In this document: positions 17,581-29,717 of the stretch, in pieces
How positions within the stretch are numbered: the first letter of the stretch is position 1
Layout of the letters: every line of letters begins with the position of its first letter
Assembly (NCBI GenBank): GCA_028717685.1
Contig: JAQUNI010000001.1
Location: 271,451-335,450, forward strand
Direction: 5' to 3'
Source: Patescibacteria group bacterium
GTDB taxonomy: Bacteria > Patescibacteriota > JAQUNI01
Length of the DNA: 64,000 bases
The notes under the pieces: model-generated
What the model was told of the DNA's origin: nothing
Database searches by the model: none
What the model saw: only the letters and a program-made list of their open reading frames with translations
Position numbers and translations under genes: made by a program

Positions 17581-19037
17581 TAAATATTCGGTTTCTTTTT
17601 ATGCCAATCTGTCGCCTGCTCATACTGATAGGCTACCTGCAAAACCTGCTCCTCACCCCACCACGGACCGATAATCTGCAAACCCACGGGCAAATTATGA
17701 GAAAAGCCGCAAGGAATGGAAATCGCCGGCACGCCTGCGATATTCACAGGCACAGTGAACACATCAGACAAATACATAGAAAGCGGGTCTGACGCTTTTT
17801 CGCCAATCTTGAAAGCAGGGGTCGGAGAAACGGGAGTAACCAGCGCGTCCACTTTGCGAAACACCTGCTTAAAATCATTGATAACCAGCGTCCGCACCTG
17901 CTGCGCTTTTTTGTAATAAGCGTCATAATAGCCCGCGGACAAAACATAAGCGCCGAGCATAATCCGGCGGCGCACTTCAGATCCAAAACTCTCGGCACGC
18001 GAATTGAAATAATGCTCCTCCAGATTTTTCGCCTCTTTAGCGGCGTAGCCATAACGAATACCATCAAAACGCGCTAAATTCGCCGAAACCTCCGCAGGCA
18101 TTAAAATATAGTAAACCGCCAAGGCGTACTTAGTATGGGGCAAGCTTACTTTCCTCACTTTCGCCCCCAGCTCTTTGAGTTGTTCTACCGCGTTATTTAT
18201 TTGTTCCGCCACTCCCTCTTCCATACCTTCCCCCGCATATTCTTGCGGCACGCCGATTTTCAAATTATGAAGACCGCGAGTCAATGTTTCCGTGTAATCC
18301 GGCATAGCATTAGTGCCGCTTGTTGAATCGCGAGAATCATGGCCGGAAATTATATTTAAAACATAAGCGCAATCTTCCACGGTTTTCGCAAACGGTCCAA
18401 TCTGGTCTAAAGAAGAAGCCATAGCATGCAAACCATATCTGGAGACCCGACCATAAGTCGGTTTTAAGCCCACCACCCCGCACAAAGCCGCAGGCTGGCG
18501 GACAGAACCACCGGTATCCGAACCTAAAGCATAAATACATTCATCTGAAGCCACCGCGGCTGCAGAACCGCCGGAAGATCCACCCGGGACGCACCCCAAA
18601 TTCCACGGATTATGCGTTATCTGAAAAGCGGAATTTTCCGTGGAAGAACCCATCGCGAATTCATCCATATTGGTTTTGCCGAGCATGATTGCCCCTGCTT
18701 TTTTTAATTTTTGAACCACAGTGGCATCATAAGGCGGAACATAATTTTGGAGCGTCCGCGAAGCCGAACTCGTAATAACGCCTTTTGCACTAAGGTTATC
18801 TTTAAGAGCCACGGGAATCCCTTCCAAGGGACCAAGTTTCTTACCCCTTCTAATTTTCTCATCTACTTTTTCCGCGGCAGCGAGCGCTTGCTCTCCAGTC
18901 ACTCTTAAAAAAGCATTGATTTGCGGGTCTACTTGTTCAATGCGCCGCAAACAAACCTGGCTTAACTCTGTCGCAAAAATATCTCCGCTCTGGAGTTTGT
19001 CGTGCGCTTCTTGAATTGTGAGCTCGTTGAGATTCAT
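17580..19037 (-). CDS. gatA: Asp-tRNA(Asn)/Glu-tRNA(Gln) amidotransferase subunit A
   Basis: 485 aa. Amidase signature GGSSGGSAAAVA. Lies directly downstream of gatC. Confidence 0.9.
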   Translation of the reverse strand: MNLNELTIQEAHDKLQSGDIFATELSQVCLRRIEQVDPQINAFLRVTGEQALAAAEKVDEKIRRGKKLGPLEGIPVALKDNLSAKGVITSSASRTLQNYVPPYDATVVQKLKKAGAIMLGKTNMDEFAMGSSTENSAFQITHNPWNLGCVPGGSSGGSAAAVASDECIYALGSDTGGSVRQPAALCGVVGLKPTYGRVSRYGLHAMASSLDQIGPFAKTVEDCAYVLNIISGHDSRDSTSGTNAMPDYTETLTRGLHNLKIGVPQEYAGEGMEEGVAEQINNAVEQLKELGAKVRKVSLPHTKYALAVYYILMPAEVSANLARFDGIRYGYAAKEAKNLEEHYFNSRAESFGSEVRRRIMLGAYVLSAGYYDAYYKKAQQVRTLVINDFKQVFRKVDALVTPVSPTPAFKIGEKASDPLSMYLSDVFTVPVNIAGVPAISIPCGFSHNLPVGLQIIGPWWGEEQVLQVAYQYEQATDWHKKKPNI

Positions 19038-19117
19038 TTATTTTAGTTCCTCCCCTGATAAGGGGAGGGTAGAAGGGATTATTAACCCCCTTTAATTCCC
19101 CCTTGTCAGGGGGAAAA

Positions 19118-19402
19118 TTAGAGGATTGGCTTTGTCTTCACACATCCCCCCTGATGCTCTGGTGCCATCTCTATAAGCTCTTTTTCCTGACCGAATTTCT
19201 CTACTTCGTCTTTGCGCATCACATTGGCAAAACCAGTCACTTGGCTTGTCGGTTCCACATTTTCCGTATCTACCTTATTGAGTTCATTTACATAATTAAG
19301 AATGGAAGATAATTCGCTCGCGAATTTTTCTTTCTCTTCAGGAGATATCCCAAGCCGCGCTAAATGGGCAATATGTTCTGTTTGTTGTTTAGTTAATTTC
19401 AT
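19118..19402 (-). CDS. gatC: Asp-tRNA(Asn)/Glu-tRNA(Gln) amidotransferase subunit C
   Basis: 94-aa protein. LTKQQTEHIAHLARLGISPEE is the typical GatC N-terminus. Positioned upstream of gatA. Confidence 0.85.
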   Translation of the reverse strand: MKLTKQQTEHIAHLARLGISPEEKEKFASELSSILNYVNELNKVDTENVEPTSQVTGFANVMRKDEVEKFGQEKELIEMAPEHQGGCVKTKPIL

Positions 19403-19478
19403 AAGTGTTTTAAAACTAAATTCATTCTAACATAATAAAATAACTATTGATAGAAATCTGTTTGTACCCATGGGTTTT

Positions 19479-21521
<2,043 letters not shown>

Positions 21522-21561
21522 TTAAAGTGAAAAATTTAAAATTGCAATTTAAAATTCAAAA

Positions 21562-21933
21562 TTACTTTCTACCTTTTAGCCTAAGCATAGAAGCACCTAA
21601 AATTTTGGAGAGTTCAATTGCCTCTCGCAATAAAGGGTCAACCAATTCTAGCTTGATCATCTTACTATCTCTAACTAAGCACAGCCAATACTTTGTTTCA
21701 TTAGCAGATTTTAAACTATGATTCATAAAATTTTTAAAATCGTTTTTAGAAGATGCCGCCTGGGCCTCAATAATATTGGCTCCTATAGAGGTTGCTGATC
21801 TTAGAAGCTGGTGATTAATAATTTTACAAACCCCGGAAGAAGATGTGCCATTAATTAGCTTTATAATATTGAGGGAGAATTTATAAGCTCTTAACTTCAG
21901 ATCATTTTTAAATTTTGAATTGCAATTTTGCAT
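21562..21933 (-). CDS. Four-helix-bundle protein (TIGR02436 family, the '23S rRNA intervening-sequence protein' family)
   Basis: 123 aa. FKNDLKLRAYKFSLNIIKLIN…LRSATSIGANIIEAQAASSKNDFKNFMNHSLKSANETKYWL matches this family. The gene is flanked by inverted AT-rich repeats at 21510-21560 and 21905-21955. Confidence 0.75.
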   Translation of the reverse strand: MQNCNSKFKNDLKLRAYKFSLNIIKLINGTSSSGVCKIINHQLLRSATSIGANIIEAQAASSKNDFKNFMNHSLKSANETKYWLCLVRDSKMIKLELVDPLLREAIELSKILGASMLRLKGRK

Positions 21934-21967
21934 TTGTAATTTTGAATTTTACATTATTATCATTATA

Positions 21968-22005
21968 CAAAAAAACCCGCTCTTTTGAAAGGAGCGAGTT
22001 TTGGC
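21968..22005 (-). terminator. Rho-independent terminator (minus strand) after the Cys-rich protein gene
   Basis: Reverse-complement sequence CGCTCCTTTCAAAAGAGCGGG followed by TTTTTTT. Confidence 0.55.
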
Positions 22006-22032
22006 TTTTTAAATTTTAAGTTTCAAAAAATA

Positions 22033-23583
22033 TTACGGCACTGGATCCAGAGTGGGTTGCCAGGGAGGCTGGTTAGCATTTAAAGTTTTAGCGGTGATAC
22101 GGGGAGAATAGGCGGAGCAACTGCAGAGATCGCACGCCGCCACTTCAAGCCAATAGCTGGTACTAGGAGTAAGACCAGATTGCAAACGGGTGGTCACATT
22201 GCCGACATTGACCGGCGTATTGTTATTGAGATGCGCTAAATAATAAGTGGCGCCAGAAACCGCATTCCAAGCCCAAGTGATAGAGGTAGTGGTTTGAGCC
22301 GTAGAACGCGCGTTTAGAGGAGCAGGGAGAGAGGGACAGGTGACAGTGATATTAGTTGTTGCGGTGGTGGTTAACCCGCCACGCGTTACAGTAATGCTGG
22401 CAGTTTTAGTCCCAGGCGTAGAATACCTGCATCTAAAAGAGCCACCACTAATATTGGAAATAGTGCCATCAGCGCCGCAACTCCGAGCCGAATAAGTGAT
22501 AGTGCCTGTGATTGTGCCGCCGACCGCGGTGGTAAGATCAGAAGCTTGGCCAGTGATAACACTAGCTGGACTAGCTGTCAAAGTGGCAGTTAGTGTGCCC
22601 GTGACTGTGATGCTAGATGACGCTGTTGTAGTTAACCCAGCTCGCGTTACCGTAATACTGGGATATTTATAGCCTGGTGTAGAATAGGTGCAGCTAAAAC
22701 TGCCATTGGTATAATTAATGTTGGAAATCGTGCCACCAGTACCGCAGCTCTGACCAGAATAAGTAATAGCGCCTGTGGCTGTGCCGCCGACCGTGGTAGT
22801 GAGATTAGATACTTGACCAGTAGTAATGCTAGCCGGACTGGCAGACAAAGCAGCAGTTAAGGTAAGGCAAGATTTTGTGCCCGCGCAGGTGCCGCCACAG
22901 CCATTAGAGCAAGTAGAACCAGTACAAGTATTAGCCGCGCAAGCACAGCTCGGAGCCTTGGTGCCCGCGCAGGTGCCGCCACAGCCATTAGAACAAGTAG
23001 AGCCAACGCAAGTATTGGCAGCACAAGAACAACTCGGCGACTTAGTACCTGCGCAAGTACCGCCACAACTATTATAACAAACAGAACCGACACAGGTGGA
23101 AGCAGCACAAGAACAATCTGTAATTTTGCAACCCACGTAATAGGTGGCACCACAACTATCAGAACAAGTAGAACCGGGACAAGTGTATAAGGCGCACTCA
23201 GAACTATGTATGCAACCATCACTACAACTCCCAGTATTAAATGTCTGGCCGTAAGTTTGGCAATACCCGCCACAAGAGGTGTCCTGCCCGTAACGGCTGA
23301 AATAATCAAGTCTTGCAGTTAGGACGCTGCCATTAGAGCAAGTCAAAGACGGCGTAGCGCAACCGACATAATTACCTGGGTTGCTTCCTGTGCACGTAGA
23401 ATCAATAAAAGTTGAGCTACATATTGACCAGCTCCCATCAGCACAATATATACAAATCCATCCTTGATAACAAGCAGTATGACATGTGTAGGAATAGGCG
23501 GCATTAGCTGTATGAGTGCCGAAAATAAGAATACCAAAAAAAATAGCAATCAAAATAACAACGTATTTACCTTGATGGATCAT
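22033..23583 (-). CDS. Secreted Cys-rich repeat protein with C-terminal fibronectin-III-like domain (paralog A)
   Basis: 516 aa with a signal peptide. Three tandem 26-aa repeats PSC(S/A)CAANTC(V/T)GSTCSNGCGGTCAGTK are encoded by 78-nt DNA repeats at about 22862-23095. Two roughly 95-aa Ig-like repeats follow (LTAxLxASPASxxTGQxSxLTTxVGG…). The C-terminal Fn3-like domain is about 90% identical at DNA level to the 3' end of 24350..26386. Confidence 0.75.
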   Translation of the reverse strand: MIHQGKYVVILIAIFFGILIFGTHTANAAYSYTCHTACYQGWICIYCADGSWSICSSTFIDSTCTGSNPGNYVGCATPSLTCSNGSVLTARLDYFSRYGQDTSCGGYCQTYGQTFNTGSCSDGCIHSSECALYTCPGSTCSDSCGATYYVGCKITDCSCAASTCVGSVCYNSCGGTCAGTKSPSCSCAANTCVGSTCSNGCGGTCAGTKAPSCACAANTCTGSTCSNGCGGTCAGTKSCLTLTAALSASPASITTGQVSNLTTTVGGTATGAITYSGQSCGTGGTISNINYTNGSFSCTYSTPGYKYPSITVTRAGLTTTASSSITVTGTLTATLTASPASVITGQASDLTTAVGGTITGTITYSARSCGADGTISNISGGSFRCRYSTPGTKTASITVTRGGLTTTATTNITVTCPSLPAPLNARSTAQTTTSITWAWNAVSGATYYLAHLNNNTPVNVGNVTTRLQSGLTPSTSYWLEVAACDLCSCSAYSPRITAKTLNANQPPWQPTLDPVP

Positions 23584-23588
23584 AAAAA

Positions 23589-24128
23589 TTATTTTTTATA
23601 AACAGCTTTAGCCACGAAAGAATTCTGGTCAGAAATGCCCTGCTCGCTCAAAACAATAACCGTATCGCCAATTTCAAAATCAGTAAAAATTAAAACAGGC
23701 CAAGAATCTGCTTGACTTTGTGTGGAAGTACCCGAACCAAGACTAACTATTTCGGTTTGATCGTTTTTTTTAATAATTGAATAGGCACCACTCAACTGTT
23801 TCATTAGCGTTTTATCCGCAATTACCACCGCAAAGATCTTGCCTTTAAGAACTGGATTAAGCTCTTTATTATAAGATTTAATCATCAACGTCTGAGCTGA
23901 CGTATCAATACTTTCAACCGTGCCATTTAATACCGTGGCAGCGCCGGGCTCATATTCAAAGTGTTTGACATCGGCTTGTTCTTTGCCAGTCGTAGATAAT
24001 GGCGCTGGCTGATTAGTGTTACCGGGTGATATTTTAGAAGGAATGACAAAGAATATCCAATACACCAAAACAGCCCCTGCCAGAACCACTGCCGCGATAA
24101 TAATAATTATCAAAGTCTTTTTCCCCAT
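23589..24128 (-). CDS. Small N-terminally membrane-anchored protein (paralog family with 27501..27986 and 29704..30342)
   Basis: 179 aa. TM helix IIIIIAAVVLAGAVLVYWIFFVI. The C-terminal motif DFEIGDTVIVL…AKAVY is shared with the two paralogs. It lies 5 nt upstream of the Cys-rich protein gene and appears co-transcribed. Confidence 0.6.
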   Translation of the reverse strand: MGKKTLIIIIIAAVVLAGAVLVYWIFFVIPSKISPGNTNQPAPLSTTGKEQADVKHFEYEPGAATVLNGTVESIDTSAQTLMIKSYNKELNPVLKGKIFAVVIADKTLMKQLSGAYSIIKKNDQTEIVSLGSGTSTQSQADSWPVLIFTDFEIGDTVIVLSEQGISDQNSFVAKAVYKK

Positions 24129-24169
24129 AAAATAAATACGTATCCTATATATAAAAAAGGTATTTTATT

Positions 24170-24345
24170 AGCTGGCTCCATAGTCTACGAGGCTAGTGAT
24201 AGTAGAGCCAGAATATACAAGATGGAGGCGTTAAAGTCGTTCAGACTTCTTCAGAACTAGAAGATCTGAAGAGATTAAAAATAACGGCCTGTATTTTGGC
24301 TCCACAGCCCCTCGCTTCGCTCGGGGACTATGGAGCCAACGATGG
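24170..24345. repeat. Palindromic repeat (TGGCTCCATAGTC family), copies 2 and 3
   Basis: tggctccatagtctacgaggctagtgatagtagagccag and tggctccacagcccctcgcttcgctcggggactatggagccaacgatgg. They share the half-sites and the GGAGCCAACGATG tail with 11826-11980. Confidence 0.6.
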
Positions 24346-24349
24346 AATA

Positions 24350-26386
24350 TTATGGCACCGGTTCCAGAGTAGGTTGTCCGGGAGGCTGGTTACCACTTAG
24401 AGTATTAACCGTGACACGAGGAGAATAGGCGGAGCAACCGCAAAGATTGCACGCCGCCACTTCAAGCCAATAGCTGGTATTAGGAGTAAGACCGGATTGT
24501 AAACGAGTGGTCACATTGCCGACATTGACCGGCGTATTGTTATTGAGATGCGCTAAATAATAAGTGGCGCCAGAAACCGCATTCCAAGCCCAAGTGATAG
24601 AGATGGTGGTTTGAGCCGTAGAATGCACATTGGCAGGGCTGGGAAGAGAGAAAGCGGTATAGCACTGCCCATTCATTACATAGTCGTTGGCATTGCAACA
24701 AGCCGCCGTGCCGTCGCAAGCGCGAGCATTGGTGGGACTAATATACACTTCGCTGGCATCGTCGCTGCAACATTGAGCTTGGTTATTGGGCGGGGCAGAC
24801 TCTGGAAATTGAGAAGAGAGAAGCCAAACTCCGGTGGCTGTGGCTTTATTCGGGTTAGTTGCCGTGTTGTCCCATAGATTGGTTGCTCCTGTGCAGCAAG
24901 CCTGGCTCGTGTCAGGAGTGCAAGTGGCAGGGGCAACACAATTCACTGTGCATTCTTGTTTTTCATTAATATTACCACCTGAATATGTATTAGCGGGACA
25001 GGTAAAACTACCGGTGTCGGCAAAGCAACCGGCAGTAATCTTTAAATTTCCAGCAGTAACAGGACATTTCACGGTTCGCGATTCACTGCTCCAAGATCCC
25101 TGACCATTAATGTTAGAAGATTGACACCAGAGCACATCCCCCGAGCCAGATGTACATCCCGCGGCAGGTTGAATATTAGTAAGCCCCATCCTGACCTCAT
25201 AAGGAGAGCTAGGTCCGGTGTTGAAATATTCATAAGAAACATTAAAATTGGAACCGACATTAGCGCTAGTCGGACAGCTTAAATTGCGCAAGGAGCAGGT
25301 AGGATAATTAGTGCAATCTTTTGTGCCCGCGCAAGTGCCGCCGCAGCCATTAGAACAAGTGGAACCAGTGCATGTGTTCGCCGCGCAAGAACAATTAGGA
25401 GTTTTCGTGCCGGCAGGACATTTCTGACCACAACCATTATCTGGCTCCTGACCTAGACAATATGTGGAAGGGGCGGGACAAGAGGGCTGTTTGGTTCCCG
25501 GCGTGGAACAACTCCCGCCACAGCCATTACTCGGATGTTGGTTAGCGCAATAAGTGGAAGGATCAGGGCAGGAAGGGGCGCAAGGAGGACTTTGACAGAC
25601 TCCCCCGACACAATTGTGATTGCAACAATCTCCGGCAGAAATACAGCCTGAGACGCCATCCTCTAAACAAGGACCGCAGCAATCGCAGGTTCCGGAGGCG
25701 CAGGCGCTTTCAGGAATTCCGACGGCGGACAACAAATTTGGGCAAACATCATTCCCTACTCTGCAGGAAGCGCTTGTTGCTTGGCTGGTAGCACCCCTAT
25801 AAGAGCAAAAATCCACATTACAGGCGCGGCATTGCCTCCCTTCGCAAAAGGATCCACCGCAACACTCTGTGGCTGTACTACACGATTCACCAAGGGATTT
25901 GCAGGAGGGAGTTGAAGAACATTTACTTCCATATGAATCTTTATTGCATTGACATTTTTCCCCACTAGGACATCCGCTGCCCTCCCAACTATCCGTATGC
26001 CCTATAAAAGTATAAGAAGGTGTTCCATACCCCCCTATATCACACCTATGTGTCTCCTCTATATTACAATATACACATAAATCGGGTGTAATATCGTGGC
26101 AAGACCTTATCGAACCAGTCGTGCACCAACCACTTAGCTCTTGATAATTGAATCCATAAAACCAACCACTTGGACAACTATAATCTATCCACTTATTATT
26201 AGATCCCCACTTAAAATTATCATCCACAATACCACAGCTTTGTTCGCATGGTGTTACAGCTTTAGCTTCAGAATATAGGAAACTGAAAAAAATTATTGTA
26301 ATAAATAAAGGAGAAATAATTTGAAAAAATTTTACGGATAGCCATGAATTAGATAATTTTGCTATTTTTTGATTTTTATGTTTCAT
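24350..26386 (-). CDS. Secreted Cys-rich repeat protein with C-terminal fibronectin-III-like domain (paralog B)
   Basis: 678 aa with signal/TM, about 90 Cys, and repeats CPxPSTYCxxQxPxNGCGxxCxxGTKxPxC x2. It has one copy of the NCSCAANTCTGSTCSNGCGGTCAGTK repeat. The C-terminal 100 aa are nearly identical to paralog A. Confidence 0.75.
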   Translation of the reverse strand: MKHKNQKIAKLSNSWLSVKFFQIISPLFITIIFFSFLYSEAKAVTPCEQSCGIVDDNFKWGSNNKWIDYSCPSGWFYGFNYQELSGWCTTGSIRSCHDITPDLCVYCNIEETHRCDIGGYGTPSYTFIGHTDSWEGSGCPSGEKCQCNKDSYGSKCSSTPSCKSLGESCSTATECCGGSFCEGRQCRACNVDFCSYRGATSQATSASCRVGNDVCPNLLSAVGIPESACASGTCDCCGPCLEDGVSGCISAGDCCNHNCVGGVCQSPPCAPSCPDPSTYCANQHPSNGCGGSCSTPGTKQPSCPAPSTYCLGQEPDNGCGQKCPAGTKTPNCSCAANTCTGSTCSNGCGGTCAGTKDCTNYPTCSLRNLSCPTSANVGSNFNVSYEYFNTGPSSPYEVRMGLTNIQPAAGCTSGSGDVLWCQSSNINGQGSWSSESRTVKCPVTAGNLKITAGCFADTGSFTCPANTYSGGNINEKQECTVNCVAPATCTPDTSQACCTGATNLWDNTATNPNKATATGVWLLSSQFPESAPPNNQAQCCSDDASEVYISPTNARACDGTAACCNANDYVMNGQCYTAFSLPSPANVHSTAQTTISITWAWNAVSGATYYLAHLNNNTPVNVGNVTTRLQSGLTPNTSYWLEVAACNLCGCSAYSPRVTVNTLSGNQPPGQPTLEPVP

Positions 26387-26391
26387 AAAAG

Positions 26392-26421
26392 CTTGACATA
26401 ATTAAAGAATTAATTTATACT
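26392..26421 (+). promoter_or_regulatory. Sigma70-like promoter for the dockerin-like gene
   Basis: TTGACA, a 17-nt spacer, then TATACT, about 100 nt upstream of the ATG at 26520. Confidence 0.45.
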
Positions 26422-26519
26422 AAATTTAGTGATTGCTTCTAAAATCGTCTCTGAAATGTTTTGATTAAAGGATGATTAGCAAGAATTTTGTGACTCTTAG
26501 ATACCATGGAGGGTTTAAA

Positions 26520-27284
26520 ATGAAAAGAACTTTGATTGTTTTAGTTGTGTCCTTTATATTCGTATTAATGGTCAATGCTGATACCTCGGAAATATATATT
26601 CAGACGAAAAACCAGTCAGACATAGTGACATCAATTCCCGTTTTGTTTACTCAATCTAGATTTCTCATAATCTCCGTAGGGTTGCCGACATCAGAATTAA
26701 ACCCGAATATAACCACCGCAAAGGTTGCCCTAAACTGTAAGGTTATTGCTGTAGTAAGTAATTGCATCGCATCTATAAACGAAAACCAAGTTACCTTTAG
26801 CTGTATCCGTCCCGAGGGAGGATTTGGTAAAATTCTAGCTGAATGGCAAAGTGGACAAATTCCCACACTACCTAAATGTGATCCCCCTTCCTTGGCGATA
26901 GAAATGGAAAACCCTAAGATTTGGTCAGCCTCAGCACAACTACCGTTGGGCAGTATCTGTCAGATCAAAGCAATGGGTAGTACAATATGGGTCAAAGGAA
27001 GCAAGGTACGTTGGACCGATTGGAGTAATGTTGAACTCATTAATAGACCCGGCGACATAAATCTGGATGGTGTCGTGAATATTCTGGATTTAGTGGCAAT
27101 ATCAAAACAATTTGGTGTTCCAGTATCTCCAGAGGTCCCGGAGGATATGAACTGGGATGGAGTGATTAATAGAGAAGATCTAATGTTGGTGGGCGAAAAA
27201 TTCGGTACGAAATATAGTAGTGTCCCCCAACCCGCGCCTCCCAATCGGACCATTATAACCTGGTCTTCCATCAAATTAAGGTGA
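26520..27284 (+). CDS. Secreted protein with C-terminal dockerin-like (double Ca-binding repeat) domain
   Basis: GGAGGG RBS. Signal peptide MKRTLIVLVVSFIFVLMVNA. The C-terminus DINLDGVVNILDLVAISKQFG…DMNWDGVINREDLMLVGEKFG matches the two-segment dockerin type I repeat. Confidence 0.65.
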   Translation: MKRTLIVLVVSFIFVLMVNADTSEIYIQTKNQSDIVTSIPVLFTQSRFLIISVGLPTSELNPNITTAKVALNCKVIAVVSNCIASINENQVTFSCIRPEGGFGKILAEWQSGQIPTLPKCDPPSLAIEMENPKIWSASAQLPLGSICQIKAMGSTIWVKGSKVRWTDWSNVELINRPGDINLDGVVNILDLVAISKQFGVPVSPEVPEDMNWDGVINREDLMLVGEKFGTKYSSVPQPAPPNRTIITWSSIKLR

Positions 27285-27288
27285 ATTC

Positions 27289-27345
27289 TGACCACAATCA
27301 AAGAGCCTTTCCGTTCTTTGCACTGTGGTCTTTTTTATTATTTCA
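27289..27345 (+). terminator. Rho-independent terminator
   Basis: Long hairpin GACCACAATCAAAGAGCC…GCACTGTGGTC followed by TTTTTTATTATTT. Confidence 0.55.
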
Positions 27346-27500
27346 AAAAGCTCGGATAACCCCCTCTACCCCTTTTGAGGAAAAACATTAGACCCCCTCT
27401 CACACTCCCCGCAGGTCAAGGAGAAGAAGTGCAACTGCTGGACTCCATAGTTTTCCGTTCAAGCCGGACTATGGAAACAACGCGCGAGCAAGGTTTGGAA

Positions 27501-27986
27501 TTATTTTATCTCCACCACCTGCACGGCGGCGGCGGTAATAGTGTTTTTGCCGTTGATATTTTCCCCTGCCACAATATTCACTTCATCCCCCACTTTAAGA
27601 TCGGACAAAGAGATATCCTCGGTTTTTAAAGGATCATCAGGATTAGAAGGAACAACGCGGCGGGAGTAATGTGTGTCTTCCTGCAATTCAGCTGTAAAAT
27701 CAGTGTCTTCTGCTAAAAAATAATTCTGCTCCTTTTTCGCCTGAACCTTTAACGCGCCATCTTGAATTTCCGTAATCTTACCCATTAAAGAATAAAATAC
27801 CTCTTCCGTGTTCACGGCGAAAGAGGGATTCTGGGGCGGGGAGAAAACTGCGGGAGTTTTTTCTCCTTTAGGCCAGAAAAAGGCAACAAAGATCAAACCC
27901 CCCACAATAACAACTCCAATTACAAAAAGAATAATCCAGGAAGCAAGACCGGATTTTTTATTTTGAGCGCGTAAGGTTGAAGACAT
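27501..27986 (-). CDS. Small membrane-anchored protein (paralog of 23589..24128 and 29704..30342)
   Basis: 161 aa. TM helix ILFVIGVVIVGGLIFVAFFW. C-terminus DLKVGDEVNIVAGEN…TAAAVQVVEIK. Confidence 0.55.
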   Translation of the reverse strand: MSSTLRAQNKKSGLASWIILFVIGVVIVGGLIFVAFFWPKGEKTPAVFSPPQNPSFAVNTEEVFYSLMGKITEIQDGALKVQAKKEQNYFLAEDTDFTAELQEDTHYSRRVVPSNPDDPLKTEDISLSDLKVGDEVNIVAGENINGKNTITAAAVQVVEIK

Positions 27987-28100
27987 ATAATTTTAATAAA
28001 ATATTAGTTTTTATTTTAACGCTAACAACTCCCTTTCATTAGATTATGTTTAGCGGCTTGCTTCTATTATACTACGGACTAAGAATGCCGTAAAATCCAA

Positions 28101-29717
28101 TCAAGGTTTAATGCCAGACCAAGAAGGAAGAAGCGTGGCGGGGTCCAAAAATCCCGGCGGAGGATTCACCAGAACCCGGCCATCATATTTCACTAATTCT
28201 GAAGGCGTATTATCGGCGTCTGTATATCTTCTTTCCAAATTCAAAGCATTGCGGGCAACGAGGGATCCCTCAATAACCAATCCCGTGTCTTCGGTATCAG
28301 CCGTATAAACATCGCCCCAGACATAAAAATTACCCACGATATGCTTCACATTGGCTTGAATTATTAAATCCCCGCCTATGACAAAGCCCGCCGACGGTAT
28401 TTTCGCCCGTTCATCCACCGTCCCCATATTCGGATCATAATAAACATTATTGGCAATAGACAAATCGCCATCCACGACCACCGTCCCCCCTCTTGCTAAA
28501 AAGAGGGCGGGGGGCTCGCTATTCAAAATAGCGGGCGGCTTTGGAATAATGGGATTCGCCGCGATTGTTAAATTGCCATCGCAGTAACGAATATTGCGGT
28601 CGCGCTGGTCACCATTCCCCCATAAAGAAGTGGTTTGGGGTAAAATGGGAGAATCCGGAATATGCACTGCCTGCCAATAACTATCCGAACAATTCGGGCT
28701 TAACCCTTCCGTTAAAGATTGTTTATCCACTGCCGTAAAAACAAGATTCTTATGAGGAGGATAAGGAGTGAAAATTTGGTTAATGCCGCTTGTAACATTG
28801 CTATTAATGCCTTGTCGGGCGGTAATCACGGAATCGGCTGTATTGTTTCCCCGCGTCTCTCTATTGTTAATGCCGCCATTGCTGTGAATGTCGCCCCAGA
28901 TCGTCTGCCACCAAGCTTCGCCCACAATCACCCATTTGTCATCTTGACACCCTCCACTCCCACAGTCAGGATTCGCCGCGGTAATCTCAACATGATTTTG
29001 CACCGTACTATTAATTCTTAAACTTAACTGAATGCTGTAACTGCCTGGCGCCACAGTATTAAAATCCCAATAAAAAGTGTCTCCCACCCGTCGACTCCAA
29101 GTTGGATTAGCGCCTAAAACTACAGCTCCCCCGCCCACGGGTGTATACTTTATTTCTAAACCGTAAGCGTTGTCATTAGCCACGGTATAACTAATGGAAT
29201 AGGAAGCGGTAGTACCCGCGCTGACCCTTGAGGGACCGCTATCAAAATCAACGGTTAAAAGCGCGTTATTATGAATATCGCAAGAGATGTTAGATGAGGG
29301 ACTAGAAGTATTCCCATTAATATCAGTGGCTGTGCTGTAAACAGAGTACAGATTCTTAATGGAAAAGCTATGATTTGCCTGCTGCAACGTACCCGAAGGA
29401 ACAGTACCGGAGCTAGGCGCTCTGGTATTACTGCTGCCATCATTCCAAAAAAATGTGTAGTAAAGCTGATCACCTTCTGGATCGCTGGCTCTGGATTCAA
29501 AAGTGTAACCCTGATTTACAAAGCCTATGCAAATGGGCTGACTGAGGCGGCTGCATCTGCATTTGCCGTTAGCGTCAGGGTCACAGTTAAAAAAAGTGGC
29601 GGCTTGGGCGATCAAAAGATTAAAAAAGAACGTCGCGGAGACGAAAATAAAAACCGCGCCTAAGATTTTGATGTTTTTTATCGTTTTAGAACTCATAAGA
29701 AAATTAACGATAATCAC
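28101..29717 (-). CDS. Secreted protein with PKD-like domain and C-terminal beta-rich region (hypothetical adhesin)
   Basis: 538 aa with a signal peptide. An N-terminal PKD-like segment (YYTFFWNDGSSNTRAPSSGTVP…HSFS) is followed by Ig-like repeats. It overlaps the upstream small membrane-protein gene by 14 nt. Confidence 0.6.
   Translation of the reverse strand: MIIVNFLMSSKTIKNIKILGAVFIFVSATFFFNLLIAQAATFFNCDPDANGKCRCSRLSQPICIGFVNQGYTFESRASDPEGDQLYYTFFWNDGSSNTRAPSSGTVPSGTLQQANHSFSIKNLYSVYSTATDINGNTSSPSSNISCDIHNNALLTVDFDSGPSRVSAGTTASYSISYTVANDNAYGLEIKYTPVGGGAVVLGANPTWSRRVGDTFYWDFNTVAPGSYSIQLSLRINSTVQNHVEITAANPDCGSGGCQDDKWVIVGEAWWQTIWGDIHSNGGINNRETRGNNTADSVITARQGINSNVTSGINQIFTPYPPHKNLVFTAVDKQSLTEGLSPNCSDSYWQAVHIPDSPILPQTTSLWGNGDQRDRNIRYCDGNLTIAANPIIPKPPAILNSEPPALFLARGGTVVVDGDLSIANNVYYDPNMGTVDERAKIPSAGFVIGGDLIIQANVKHIVGNFYVWGDVYTADTEDTGLVIEGSLVARNALNLERRYTDADNTPSELVKYDGRVLVNPPPGFLDPATLLPSWSGIKP

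Noticed and set aside
22862-23095. 78-nt direct repeats x3, which could look like a CRISPR array
   Set aside because: They lie in frame inside a long ORF and encode Cys-rich 26-aa protein modules. The 'spacers' are not unique, and no cas genes or leader are present.
22826-23309. ORFs 22826..23077 (+) and 22857..23309 (-) with repetitive QVPPQPLEQVEP / VLLVL sequence
   Set aside because: They are alternative-frame translations of the 78-nt coding repeats inside the Cys-rich protein gene.
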